From the NCBI GenBank assembly GCA_947505635.1, contig CANNLR010000001.1, forward strand, positions 1 through 57,855: a DNA stretch of 57,855 nt, written 5' to 3'. A program made the position numbers and the translations under genes. Positions 9,209 to 17,750 of this stretch are shown here, in pieces (positions within the stretch are counted from its first letter, which is position 1; each line of letters opens with the position of its first letter). The DNA is from Chlamydiota bacterium (GTDB lineage: Bacteria > Chlamydiota > Chlamydiia > Chlamydiales > Rhabdochlamydiaceae). Under the pieces are notes generated by a model. That model did not search any database. It was given only the letters and a program-made list of their open reading frames with translations, and was not told the origin of the DNA.

Positions 9209-9310
9209 AAATCAAGCAGCAAATGGCATAAATAGCTGTTTGCTGCTTGATTTTTGCCCAAGAAAAAGTAGCAGCAAATAGCATAAATAGCTGTTTGCTG
9301 CTTGATTTTT
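9209..9310. repeat. Duplicated palindromic hairpin element: 41-bp direct repeat with 55-bp period
   Basis: Copy 1 is 9215..9255 and copy 2 is 9270..9310, differing at one base (g9225 versus a9280). Copy 1 forms a perfect 15-bp stem, AAATCAAGCAGCAAA (9209..9223) / TTTGCTGCTTGATTT (9239..9253), with a 15-nt loop and a T5 tail. Copy 2 retains only a 9-bp stem. Confidence 0.85.
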
Positions 9311-9492
9311 ATGTCTGTTGAGAATCGTTAACTTTGTTAAATCTTTAATTATAAAGGTTTTGCTCGGCTGTGTGGTTACTTTCTACAGATGTAAAGGATG
9401 TCGGCGCCGGGGATTAAGAAATATTAAATGAATTTTTATTGAAAGGGGTTTTATAATCAGGCATAATGGGCAGATTGAATTTGGAGGTCTTT

Positions 9493-10734
9493 ATGAAGAT
9501 AGCTTTTCGTTACATGCTTTTTTTATGTCTACTTATTCTTCCAGCCTTTGGCATGGCTACCATCAGTGCTGGGGTTGGTAAAACTGAGATAATGCCTCCT
9601 ATAGGAACTCCTTCTGCGGGATATACAGATCGTAAGGGAGAGGGAATGAAAGGGATTCATGATCCTCTTTTAGCCATTGCTCTTTTTATCGATAACGGAG
9701 AAAAGAAGATCGCTTTTTGCAGTGTAGATCATTTAGGTTTTACCTATGATATGGTAAGCGCTATTACGCAAAAAGTTCATAGCAAGCGAGAGCTTGCGGA
9801 TTGTGAGATATATATAGCCTCTTCCCATACACATTCTGGAGGCGGAGCCTATCTAAATATTCCGGGGTTAGGAGAAAGTTTAGCTGGAGTCTACAGCGTA
9901 GATATTACCCAATTTTATATAGAAAGAACTGTGGAAGCAATCTTTCAGGCCTACCAAAATAGGATCCTCGCTAAAGTGGGAATCGGCTATGAGAAGGCAG
10001 GGGTTCTAAGCAAATATCGAGGCCTTTATCCAAAGGATGTTACTCCTCTTTCTGATGTCACTGTTATCAAAGTTACGACTTTAGAAGACGCTCCTTTAGC
10101 TGTTTTATTTAACTATCCAGTACATCCTACTATATTGAAAAGTCAAAATCGTCTTTTTTCAGCAGACTTTGTTGGCTATACAAGAGATCATTTACAGACT
10201 TCTTTAGGCGGCAAGATGCAGCCTATTTATTTCAATGGAGCCCAAGGAGATATACTTCCTGTTATTTCTAATGAAGAGGATCTTTTTGATTCTTGTGATC
10301 ACTTAGCCAAATCATTAGCAGGAACTGTAAAGACAATCTGGGATAGAGTGAAGGCAGAAGAAACCTTACAGATCGCTACACAAAAAGAGTCCTATAGTTT
10401 TACCCCTAAGGCGACGCCCTTTGGGCTTATTCTCCCTATGGACCTTTATAAAACAGAGATGAACTTGATTGTTTTAAATCGGTTTCATGCTTTCATAACA
10501 ATACCAGGCGAGCTTAGTTGCCTTTATGACAAAAAGCTAAAAGAATTCGGAAGTACATTAGGCTTTACTCATGTCTCAATTTTTGGGCTAACCAACGATG
10601 CTCATGGCTATATTATTTTGCCGGAATCTTGGCAGCATAAGACCATGGAATCGGGACTTTCCTTTGGAGGAGAAAGTTATGGAGACATAACAGAAAAACG
10701 AGCCGAAGAGCTTTTAAAAGCGCAAAAGCCTTGA
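9493..10734 (+). CDS. Neutral/alkaline (non-lysosomal) ceramidase N-terminal-domain family hydrolase, secreted
   Basis: GVGKTEIMPPIGTPSAGYTDR..GIHDPLLAIALFIDNG..KIAFCSVDHLGF..IYIASSHTHSGGG matches the neutral ceramidase pattern (GY, GIH, HTHSG zinc ligand region). Signal peptide MKIAFRYMLFLCLLILPAFG. The start at 9493 has GGAGG 5 nt upstream. Confidence 0.65.
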   Translation: MKIAFRYMLFLCLLILPAFGMATISAGVGKTEIMPPIGTPSAGYTDRKGEGMKGIHDPLLAIALFIDNGEKKIAFCSVDHLGFTYDMVSAITQKVHSKRELADCEIYIASSHTHSGGGAYLNIPGLGESLAGVYSVDITQFYIERTVEAIFQAYQNRILAKVGIGYEKAGVLSKYRGLYPKDVTPLSDVTVIKVTTLEDAPLAVLFNYPVHPTILKSQNRLFSADFVGYTRDHLQTSLGGKMQPIYFNGAQGDILPVISNEEDLFDSCDHLAKSLAGTVKTIWDRVKAEETLQIATQKESYSFTPKATPFGLILPMDLYKTEMNLIVLNRFHAFITIPGELSCLYDKKLKEFGSTLGFTHVSIFGLTNDAHGYIILPESWQHKTMESGLSFGGESYGDITEKRAEELLKAQKP

Positions 10735-10784
10735 GGTTGTTATTTTATAACTATCCTATTAAAGCTTTTGTCTTCTAATTTTTG

Positions 10785-11015
10785 TTATCCCCATAGTAGT
10801 TTCTGTATTGTCGTATAGCAATTTTCAGAAGTAACTACATCTGTTGTTGCCGCATTTAAACTTTGCGATTGAATTCCATCTTTTTTAACTTCCATTTTTG
10901 GTTTAGAGTCTTGGATGGCTTCTTTTGGTTTTTGTATAAATGTACTCTTAGGAATAGGGAAAGCCTCTTTTAAGACTTCTGAAGTGGGAGCTTTTGTATG
11001 ATCAAAAGATACCAT
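10785..11015 (-). CDS. Hypothetical small protein
   Basis: 76-aa ORF 12 nt downstream of the kinase-like gene on the same strand. No recognisable motif. Confidence 0.35.
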   Translation of the reverse strand: MVSFDHTKAPTSEVLKEAFPIPKSTFIQKPKEAIQDSKPKMEVKKDGIQSQSLNAATTDVVTSENCYTTIQKLLWG

Positions 11016-11027
11016 TGCCTTGATAAG

Positions 11028-11912
11028 TTACCTTTGTTGAGGATTAAATATGTTTAACATTTTTTGTAATTCAGAATCCTCTTTGAGCTGAGAGGGGCAC
11101 CTGTTAATAAATTGGTGCGGATAGTGATCGGTTTTTGATTTTTGTTTACAGTCTACAAGAGAAAGTCCTTTAGAGAAGGCATGAGCCATTTGATAAAATG
11201 TAGATCCCGTTGCGAAAAGATCGCAAGATATAGCTAAAGCTTGGGCTTCTTGTAGGTTTGCTTGTCCTGATAATTTAGCCTTTAGTGAAGGAAGAGTCAT
11301 GACCGTACTCATAGTAACATCTCCGGTTTGAAGTCTATTAGCGGTTTTTTCATCAGAAAAATCAAGGCAATCATTCAAATCTATGATTTGAAAAGAGTTA
11401 TTCTTTGTTTTGCAGATGTTAGCAGGTTTGATGTCCATATGGCAAATGTCTGCTTTATGCAATGCGTCTAGTTGATGAAGAGTATGGGAAAAGAAGCGAA
11501 AGAGTTCTTTCCTAGAGGAGAATTTGATGTGATCACAGTCTTCGAGTAAGACTGTTTCAGAATGGGATAAATCGATTACTTTACGTATTTTTAAACCACT
11601 TTTGTAATCATATAGATAAAAAGTTTTTTGGCCTAAAGGATGGATCTTCTTTTTTGGCAGGCCAATTTCTTGGTAAGAAGCTGCTGTTCTTTTTGCTGCG
11701 ATTTCTTCTAGCTGTAACCCTCTATGATAATCGCTAAGCCTAGTCTTTTCTTTTCGACTTTTTATCGCCTCAGTAGGAGTGATGAAGCAGCGGTAGAAAT
11801 TACCTTCTTTTACGGTGCAGTGGCTAAATCCCCAAAGACTCGGATTTGATTTGTATTCTCCTTTAAAACGGTCGTGATAGATTCCTTTATCGTAAGATTT
11901 ACCTTCTTCCAC
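11028..11912 (-). CDS. Eukaryotic-like protein kinase-fold protein (putative effector); start uncertain
   Basis: Catalytic-loop-like HKADICHMDIKPANI (HxDxKxxN) followed by FQIIDLNDC in the DFG position. The track start is a GTG. The same frame stays open a further 69 codons upstream, to the stop at 12120..12122. Confidence 0.55.
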   Translation of the reverse strand: MEEGKSYDKGIYHDRFKGEYKSNPSLWGFSHCTVKEGNFYRCFITPTEAIKSRKEKTRLSDYHRGLQLEEIAAKRTAASYQEIGLPKKKIHPLGQKTFYLYDYKSGLKIRKVIDLSHSETVLLEDCDHIKFSSRKELFRFFSHTLHQLDALHKADICHMDIKPANICKTKNNSFQIIDLNDCLDFSDEKTANRLQTGDVTMSTVMTLPSLKAKLSGQANLQEAQALAISCDLFATGSTFYQMAHAFSKGLSLVDCKQKSKTDHYPHQFINRCPSQLKEDSELQKMLNIFNPQQR

Positions 11913-12272
11913 CTTGGCGGTCTTTGATGTAGGAGCTGTAAGGAGTACATGAGTGCATTTTTTAGATGTTGCAGAAAGGGCGTCAAGATCAGAAAGAGAG
12001 TGGGCTCTTGTGAGTTTAGGGGAAGGAGGAGTAACATCTTTATTTTCAAAAGACTTGCTCCTAACTCTAGTTACTTTAGTATCCTGAGCTGAAGGTGCTG
12101 GAATGGATAGTCTCCATTTTTAAAGATATAGAAGAAGACATGAAAAACACCTAATAGAGTAATGTTAAATGAAGTATTTTTGAGAACGATTTTATTAAAG
12201 TATATATAAATAATAAGTATTGAAATGAGCTGCGTTAGATTTTTTTGAGTTCGAATTTTTAGTACAAAATGC

Positions 12273-12313
12273 ACCCTATCATGCCATATTGATGGTATAT
12301 TAGGCATGGTAGG
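12273..12313 (-). terminator. Hairpin downstream of the ABC-F gene (possible terminator)
   Basis: CCCTATCATGCC (12273..12284) / GGCATGGTAGGG (12302..12313): 12-bp stem with one mismatch and a 17-nt loop, 19 nt past the stop at 12332. A U-rich stretch follows on the minus transcript. Confidence 0.4.
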
Positions 12314-12331
12314 GTACAAAATGGATCTTAA

Positions 12332-14056
12332 TTATACTTCGTATAGCTTATTGAGCTCTAGGTAAGCTTCATCAATCTTTTGCTTAAGCTTTTCTGAAGC
12401 TAAAAGAAGTCTCTCACTTTCTTTAAGAGTATTTTTTTCATAAGAAAGGGCGAGAAGCGCTTCCACCTCTTGGAGCTCTTTTTCTTCTTTTTCTATCTGA
12501 TTTTCTAGTTGAGCTGTTTTATTTGAAGCAGGCTTCTTCTGAGGAGGTAATACGTTTTTAACCTTTTTCTGGATAATAGGTTCATCCCAGCCGTCCTTTT
12601 CTAAGAATTCTTCGTAGGTTCCTAAGAAAATACGTTGGTTTTCTTTTTCTGCAATGATGAGATAGTCGGTTCCCATTTTCTTTAATAATTCTTCACTATG
12701 AGTAACTAAGACAATAGATCCCTCGAAAACTTCAATAGCTTGCAATAGGGCATCTATGGATTCGATATCCAAGTGGTGAGTAGGTTCATCTAAAAGAAGA
12801 AGGTTCGTAGGTCCAGCTAAGATTTTCCCTAGAAGGACTCGACTTTTTTCTCCCCCAGATAGAACAGATATTTTCTTTCTGGCGGCATCTTGACTAAACA
12901 TCATTTGGCCGCAAATGGCTCTGATACGAGAGTAGGGGAGGTTTGGACCTGCTAAGGCAATTTCTTCTTCAATGGTTAGCTCAGGATTTAAACGAGATAC
13001 GTTAGTTTGACCAAAGTAACCAACTCTTGTTTGATCTGATCTCCAAAGGACTCCCTCTTGTGGAGTAAGTTCTCCTGCTATTAATTGTAAAAGAGTGGAT
13101 TTACCCATTCCATTTTTCCCGATGATGGCGATCTTTTTTCCTTTTTCAATTTCTAAAGAAACATCTTGGATAAGAGGAACGCTTGGGGTGTAGGAGAAAA
13201 AGACTTCATTTAATGTGGTCATTTTCTTTCCTGAAAAGGGGAGGTAAGAAAAAGAAAAGGAAAGGTCATAGATAGAGGCTAGCTGTGTGAGAACGGGAAG
13301 TTTAGCTAAAGATTTTTCTTTAGATTTAGCTTGAGCAGCTTTACTAGCTTTTGCTCCAAAGCGTTCAATAAACTCTTCTGCATGTTTTTTTTTCTTATCG
13401 AGGTTAAGACGAGTTTTTTCATAAATTTCTTCTTCTTCCAAGATCTTTTGGTAGTAATTTTCTGTATTACCTTGGTACTTTCTGATCTCTTGGCGATGAA
13501 GGCCCATAGTATGGGTGGCTATAGCATCTAAAAAACCTCGGTCATGGGAAATACAGACGATTTCCCCTTTCCATTTTTTAAGGTAGTTTTCTAGCCAACG
13601 AAGACCTGCTATATCTAGATAGTTAGTCGGTTCATCTAGAAGAAGGCAGTTCGGTTCTTCGGCAAGAAGTTTTGCTAGTTTAAGTCTTAGGTGATAACCT
13701 CCAGATAAAGAAGCAGGATCAGCATCAAGCATGAGATCGTCAAATCCAAGTCCGAATAAGATGCTTTCTACTTCATAAGGCTGTTTTCGTATGGGGCCAT
13801 GTAAGGCTTCTTCTAGTACAGTAGCTTCAGTTATTTGAATATGTTGTTCTAAAAAGCCTAGTTTATATCCTTTAGGGCAGCGGACGTTGCCTCCATCAGA
13901 GTTTTCTTCTCCTTTAAGAATTTTTAAAAGAGTTGTTTTACCTGAGCCATTTCTTCCAACAAAAGCACAGCGTTCTCCTTTTTGAATACAGAAGGAAAGC
14001 TCCGTGAATAGGGGGACTCCAGAATAACTTTTACAAAGGTTGTCTACTTGTAGCAT
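12332..14056 (-). CDS. ABC-F family ATPase (two ABC cassettes, no TM domain; translation-factor type)
   Basis: Two Walker A sites (GRNGSGKTT, GKNGMGKST), two LSGG signatures, Walker B LLLDEPTN(Y/H)LD, inter-domain charged linker, C-terminal coiled coil. Confidence 0.9.
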   Translation of the reverse strand: MLQVDNLCKSYSGVPLFTELSFCIQKGERCAFVGRNGSGKTTLLKILKGEENSDGGNVRCPKGYKLGFLEQHIQITEATVLEEALHGPIRKQPYEVESILFGLGFDDLMLDADPASLSGGYHLRLKLAKLLAEEPNCLLLDEPTNYLDIAGLRWLENYLKKWKGEIVCISHDRGFLDAIATHTMGLHRQEIRKYQGNTENYYQKILEEEEIYEKTRLNLDKKKKHAEEFIERFGAKASKAAQAKSKEKSLAKLPVLTQLASIYDLSFSFSYLPFSGKKMTTLNEVFFSYTPSVPLIQDVSLEIEKGKKIAIIGKNGMGKSTLLQLIAGELTPQEGVLWRSDQTRVGYFGQTNVSRLNPELTIEEEIALAGPNLPYSRIRAICGQMMFSQDAARKKISVLSGGEKSRVLLGKILAGPTNLLLLDEPTHHLDIESIDALLQAIEVFEGSIVLVTHSEELLKKMGTDYLIIAEKENQRIFLGTYEEFLEKDGWDEPIIQKKVKNVLPPQKKPASNKTAQLENQIEKEEKELQEVEALLALSYEKNTLKESERLLLASEKLKQKIDEAYLELNKLYEV

Positions 14057-14070
14057 GAAAGTTCCTTATA

Positions 14071-14109
14071 AAAAAAAAGCTTCGCCTATAGTTAAGGCGA
14101 AGCTTTTTT
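14071..14109 (-). terminator. Rho-independent terminator after the DEAD-box helicase gene
   Basis: AGCTTCGCCT (14078..14087), loop ATAGTTA, AGGCGAAGCT (14095..14104). It is flanked by A8 on one side and T6 on the other, so a U-run follows the stem on either transcript. Confidence 0.65.
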
Positions 14110-14125
14110 GTTGTAGAATTTCTTT

Positions 14126-15757
14126 TTAGAATTTCTTTTTAGGTTTCTTAATTCCAGCAGGATGATCGAATTTCTTTTTTGGATAGGATCCAAAACTGTC
14201 AGGTTGCGATCTTTCTGTTCTTCCTCTATTTTGAGATCCAAAATTATCAGAGTAAGATCTTTCAGGTCTTGCTCTATCTTGAGATCCAAAACTATCAGAA
14301 TAAGATCTTTCCGGTCTTCCTCTACCTTGAGATCCAAAATTATCAGAGTAAGATCTTTCTGGTCTTCCTCTACCTTGAGATCCAAAAGATCTTCGAGTGT
14401 CACGTCTTTCTGAAACAGGTTTTGCAGCAGAAATGGCATCTAAAATTCCAATAGTCTCAGGTCCGTTGATAGGATTCTTAGCTAAGATCCAGCTTAAGAG
14501 CTTAGAAGATAGTGTTTGAAGATCCATTGTCTCTTGAACTGAATTCACAACATTTGGAATGTCAGCAGAAGGGACTTGGTCTTTAATTTGGCCAAGAATC
14601 TTTTGTATTTGGAAAGCGCGGATTTGTTGCTTAGAAGGAATAAAAAGTCTTTCCATCGTTCCTTTGATAACTTTTTGGAAGTATACAAGTTTGCTATACT
14701 CTTTAGGAGTTACAAAAGTAATAGAAGATCCTTTTCGACCAGCTCTAGCTGTACGGCCAATGCGGTGTACATAGTTTTCAGGATCAAAGGGAAGGTGATA
14801 GTTAACAACATGGCTGACATCTACAATGTTAAGACCTCTTGCTGCTACGTCTGTAGCGACAAGGATCATACATTTTCCTGATCTAAACTGTTGTGTTACT
14901 TGTTCTCTTTGAGATTGTTCCATATCTCCATGAAGAGAGCTAGCAGATTGTCCTCTTTGTGTGAAAACTTGTGTCAGTCTGTCAACTTCTTTTTTAGTCT
15001 TACAGAAGATGATAGATTTCCCCATGTCAATGGCTTCAAAAAGACGAATAACAGCTTCATCTCTTTCGTGATCTTGCATGACACAATAGTGTTGTGTGAT
15101 GTCATCGTTGCAGGTTTGAGTTTGCGCAGCCTTGACAACAACTGGATTTTTTAAAATATTTCTAGCTAGTGATTGAATAGCAGAAGGCATAGTAGCTGAA
15201 AACATCAAGGTTTGTCTGTCTGCAGGAAGAAATTCAAAAATTGCTTGTAAGTCTTCTAAAAAGCCCATATCAAGCATTTCATCAGCTTCGTCGATGATGA
15301 CGATAGATGGGTTGATTGCTGGGATTTTCTTACCTTGCAAGAGGTCTAGTAGTCGACCTGGTGTCGCTACAATTACTTGAGCGCCTCTTTTGATGGCATC
15401 GATTTGAGTTTGGAAGGACTTTCCACCATATACAGTTGCTGTTCTTATGTGTAAAAAAGTACCTAAGCGAGAAATTTCTTCACTAACTTGAGAAGCAAGT
15501 TCTCTTGTAGGAGTGATAACAAGAATTTCTGCCTTTCCTGTATTTTTTAAAAGGTTTAGAGCAGGGAGAGAAAAAGCAGCTGTTTTTCCTGTTCCTGTTT
15601 GCGCATGTCCTATAACGTCAACACCTGTTAAAATAAGAGGTATGACTTCTTGTTGAATAGGGCTTGGTGTTTTAAAACCTAATTTTGTTAAGCCATCTAA
15701 TAGTTCTTTTTTAAGACCTAGGCTTTCAAAGCCTGTTGCTTCTTGTATTGTATCCAT
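14126..15757 (-). CDS. deaD: DEAD-box ATP-dependent RNA helicase with repetitive RG-rich C-terminal tail
   Basis: Q-motif, AQTGTGKT, PTRELA, IIDEADEML, SAT, HRIGRTARAG. The C-terminal tail contains 4 or more copies of SFGSQGRGRPERSYSD. Confidence 0.92.
   Translation of the reverse strand: MDTIQEATGFESLGLKKELLDGLTKLGFKTPSPIQQEVIPLILTGVDVIGHAQTGTGKTAAFSLPALNLLKNTGKAEILVITPTRELASQVSEEISRLGTFLHIRTATVYGGKSFQTQIDAIKRGAQVIVATPGRLLDLLQGKKIPAINPSIVIIDEADEMLDMGFLEDLQAIFEFLPADRQTLMFSATMPSAIQSLARNILKNPVVVKAAQTQTCNDDITQHYCVMQDHERDEAVIRLFEAIDMGKSIIFCKTKKEVDRLTQVFTQRGQSASSLHGDMEQSQREQVTQQFRSGKCMILVATDVAARGLNIVDVSHVVNYHLPFDPENYVHRIGRTARAGRKGSSITFVTPKEYSKLVYFQKVIKGTMERLFIPSKQQIRAFQIQKILGQIKDQVPSADIPNVVNSVQETMDLQTLSSKLLSWILAKNPINGPETIGILDAISAAKPVSERRDTRRSFGSQGRGRPERSYSDNFGSQGRGRPERSYSDSFGSQDRARPERSYSDNFGSQNRGRTERSQPDSFGSYPKKKFDHPAGIKKPKKKF
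14183..14400. repeat. 48-bp tandem repeat (about 4.5 units), coding, within the helicase 3' end
   Basis: Units begin with TTGAGATCC at 14231, 14279, 14327 and 14375, with a degenerate unit at 14183. Units differ at a few positions only. Confidence 0.9.
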
Positions 15758-15971
15758 TTAGTTGTCTCCTCATGAGGTGATGGATTTTTGTGGTATTTTT
15801 GACTTTATGCCATCCTTTCGCCAATACACTCAAAAATCTCAAGACTTGAAAAGTCATGGAAAATAAAAAATTGAAGCAAGCAGTCAAAACAAATGAATTT
15901 AATCATTATCGAAAATAAGATATCATGAATAGGCAATTTAAAAAAAGAAGAATAAAAAACAAGGTATTTTC

Positions 15972-17750
15972 ATGACATTGATTCTTAGTGCGCACGCTCT
16001 TTCTAAATCTCACGGATCTCAAAATCTTTTTACTGATATCTCATTTTCCCTCTATGAAGGGGACAGAATGGGGTTAGTAGGACCTAATGGCGCAGGAAAG
16101 TCTACTCTATTAAAAATTTTAGTAGGTATGGAAGATTCAGACTCAGGAAAGTTAGCAAAAAAACAGGGAGTTAGAATTGCTTATGCGGGGCAATCTCCAG
16201 AATTCCCTGAAAAAACTATTGAACAGATTATGCTTGAATCAAACAAGATGCTTTCTCAAGACGAAGCCTGGGTAAAAGCTCAAGTCCTATTGCATAAGGC
16301 AGGATTTACCGATTATACGCAAGAAGCTTCAAGATTGTCGGGTGGATGGAAAAAAAGATTAGATATCGTAAGGGCTCTTATGCAAGAGCCTGATCTTATT
16401 CTTTTGGATGAGCCAACAAACCACTTAGATTTAGAGGGTATCGCTTGGCTAGAAAAGTTTTTACAAAAAGAGAGAGCCTCTTATCTTATAGTAAGTCACG
16501 ATCGCCATTTTTTAGATGTTATCTGTACGAAGGTAGTTGAGTTGAATCGTTGTTTTCCTAAGGGAGTTTTTACTTGTGATGGGAATTGGTCTACTTTTAC
16601 AGAAAGAAGAGAAGGGTTTTTAAAGGCTCAGCTTGAAGAAGAAAGAAGCTTAGCTTCTACAGTGCGAGATGAAGTGGATTGGATGAGAAGATCTCCTAAA
16701 GCGCGTACAACAAAGTCTAAATCGAGGATGGAAAGAGCTGAGAATGCTATACAAGATTTACAAGAGCTAAATCAAAGAAATCAAACATCTAAGGTTGGGG
16801 TGGACTTTGTCTCTTCAGAAAGGGAGACTCGAAATTTAATTGTTTGTAATAATTTAGGAAAATCCCTTGGTGGTAAAGTTCTTTTTAAAGGAGTAGATTT
16901 TAAACTTTCTCCTAGAAGTCGTCTTGGAATTGTAGGGAAAAATGGAACAGGAAAGACAACTCTTTTAAAAATTCTTTCCGGTGAAATCACCCAAGATATA
17001 GGAACTGTGAAGTATGCACAAGACCTAAAGCTTGTTTATTTTGATCAACATCGAGAGACTTTGGATCCCAATATCACCCTTCGAGAAGCCCTCTCTCCTG
17101 GAGGAGATTTTGTGAAATTCCAAGGACAACTCATCCATGTTAATGGATGGGCTAAGAAATTTCTTTTCTTTCCAGATCGACTTAATCTTCCGGTTCATTG
17201 TTTGTCCGGGGGGGAAAGAGCTCGTATCTTGCTAGCTAGGTTAATGTTGCAGCCAGCCGATGTTTTATTTTTAGATGAACCAACAAATGATCTAGATATT
17301 GCTACATTGGAAGTTATAGAAAATAGTTTACTTGAGTTTCCAGGCGCTATTGTTTTAATTTCCCATGATCGATTTTTGATGGACCGTGTTTGTACTGAAA
17401 TTTTGGGATTGGGTCAAGATAAAGAGCAAGGGCTTTTTGCAGATTTATCCCAATGGGAAGAGGCTTCTCGAGATTTGGAAAAGAAAAAAGAAAAGGAAGA
17501 AAAGGCTGCTATAGCTGTTAACCGCCCTAAAAAACTTCCTTATAAAGAGCAAAGGGAGTTAGAGGGGATGGAGCCTGCTATTTTACTCGCAGAGGGAAAC
17601 TTGCGCACCTTGCAAAAAAAACTGGAAGAGAATTTAGATCCTAAAGAAGCTCTTCTTACCTATGAACAGTTGGGAAGTATTCAAGTGTCCTTAGATTCTT
17701 TGTATGAACGTTGGCAAGTTTTATTAGATAAGGTTTCCTCCGCTTCATAA
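15972..17750 (+). CDS. ABC-F family ATPase (Uup-like, C-terminal coiled coil)
   Basis: GPNGAGKST and GKNGTGKTT Walker A sites, LSGGW/LSGGE signatures, LLDEPTNHLD / FLDEPTNDLD, no TM segments. Confidence 0.9.
   Translation: MTLILSAHALSKSHGSQNLFTDISFSLYEGDRMGLVGPNGAGKSTLLKILVGMEDSDSGKLAKKQGVRIAYAGQSPEFPEKTIEQIMLESNKMLSQDEAWVKAQVLLHKAGFTDYTQEASRLSGGWKKRLDIVRALMQEPDLILLDEPTNHLDLEGIAWLEKFLQKERASYLIVSHDRHFLDVICTKVVELNRCFPKGVFTCDGNWSTFTERREGFLKAQLEEERSLASTVRDEVDWMRRSPKARTTKSKSRMERAENAIQDLQELNQRNQTSKVGVDFVSSERETRNLIVCNNLGKSLGGKVLFKGVDFKLSPRSRLGIVGKNGTGKTTLLKILSGEITQDIGTVKYAQDLKLVYFDQHRETLDPNITLREALSPGGDFVKFQGQLIHVNGWAKKFLFFPDRLNLPVHCLSGGERARILLARLMLQPADVLFLDEPTNDLDIATLEVIENSLLEFPGAIVLISHDRFLMDRVCTEILGLGQDKEQGLFADLSQWEEASRDLEKKKEKEEKAAIAVNRPKKLPYKEQRELEGMEPAILLAEGNLRTLQKKLEENLDPKEALLTYEQLGSIQVSLDSLYERWQVLLDKVSSAS

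Noticed and set aside
9209-9310. Possible CRISPR array
   Set aside because: There are only two copies of the repeat, a 14-nt gap rather than spacer-sized unique sequence, and no cas genes in the window. The other repeat (14183..14400) is coding. No CRISPR is called.
11810-12319. ORFs 11810..12049 and 12071..12319 (minus)
   Set aside because: The first is an alternative frame overlapping the kinase-like gene's 5' region. The second lies in a very AT-rich spacer with no SD and an implausible composition.
14092-14454. Three overlapping ORFs (14092..14439 minus, 14162..14413 plus, 14179..14454 plus) with repetitive translations
   Set aside because: They are artefacts of the 48-bp tandem repeat being open in several frames. 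The helicase frame is continuous with the DEAD-box core and ends in a terminator.
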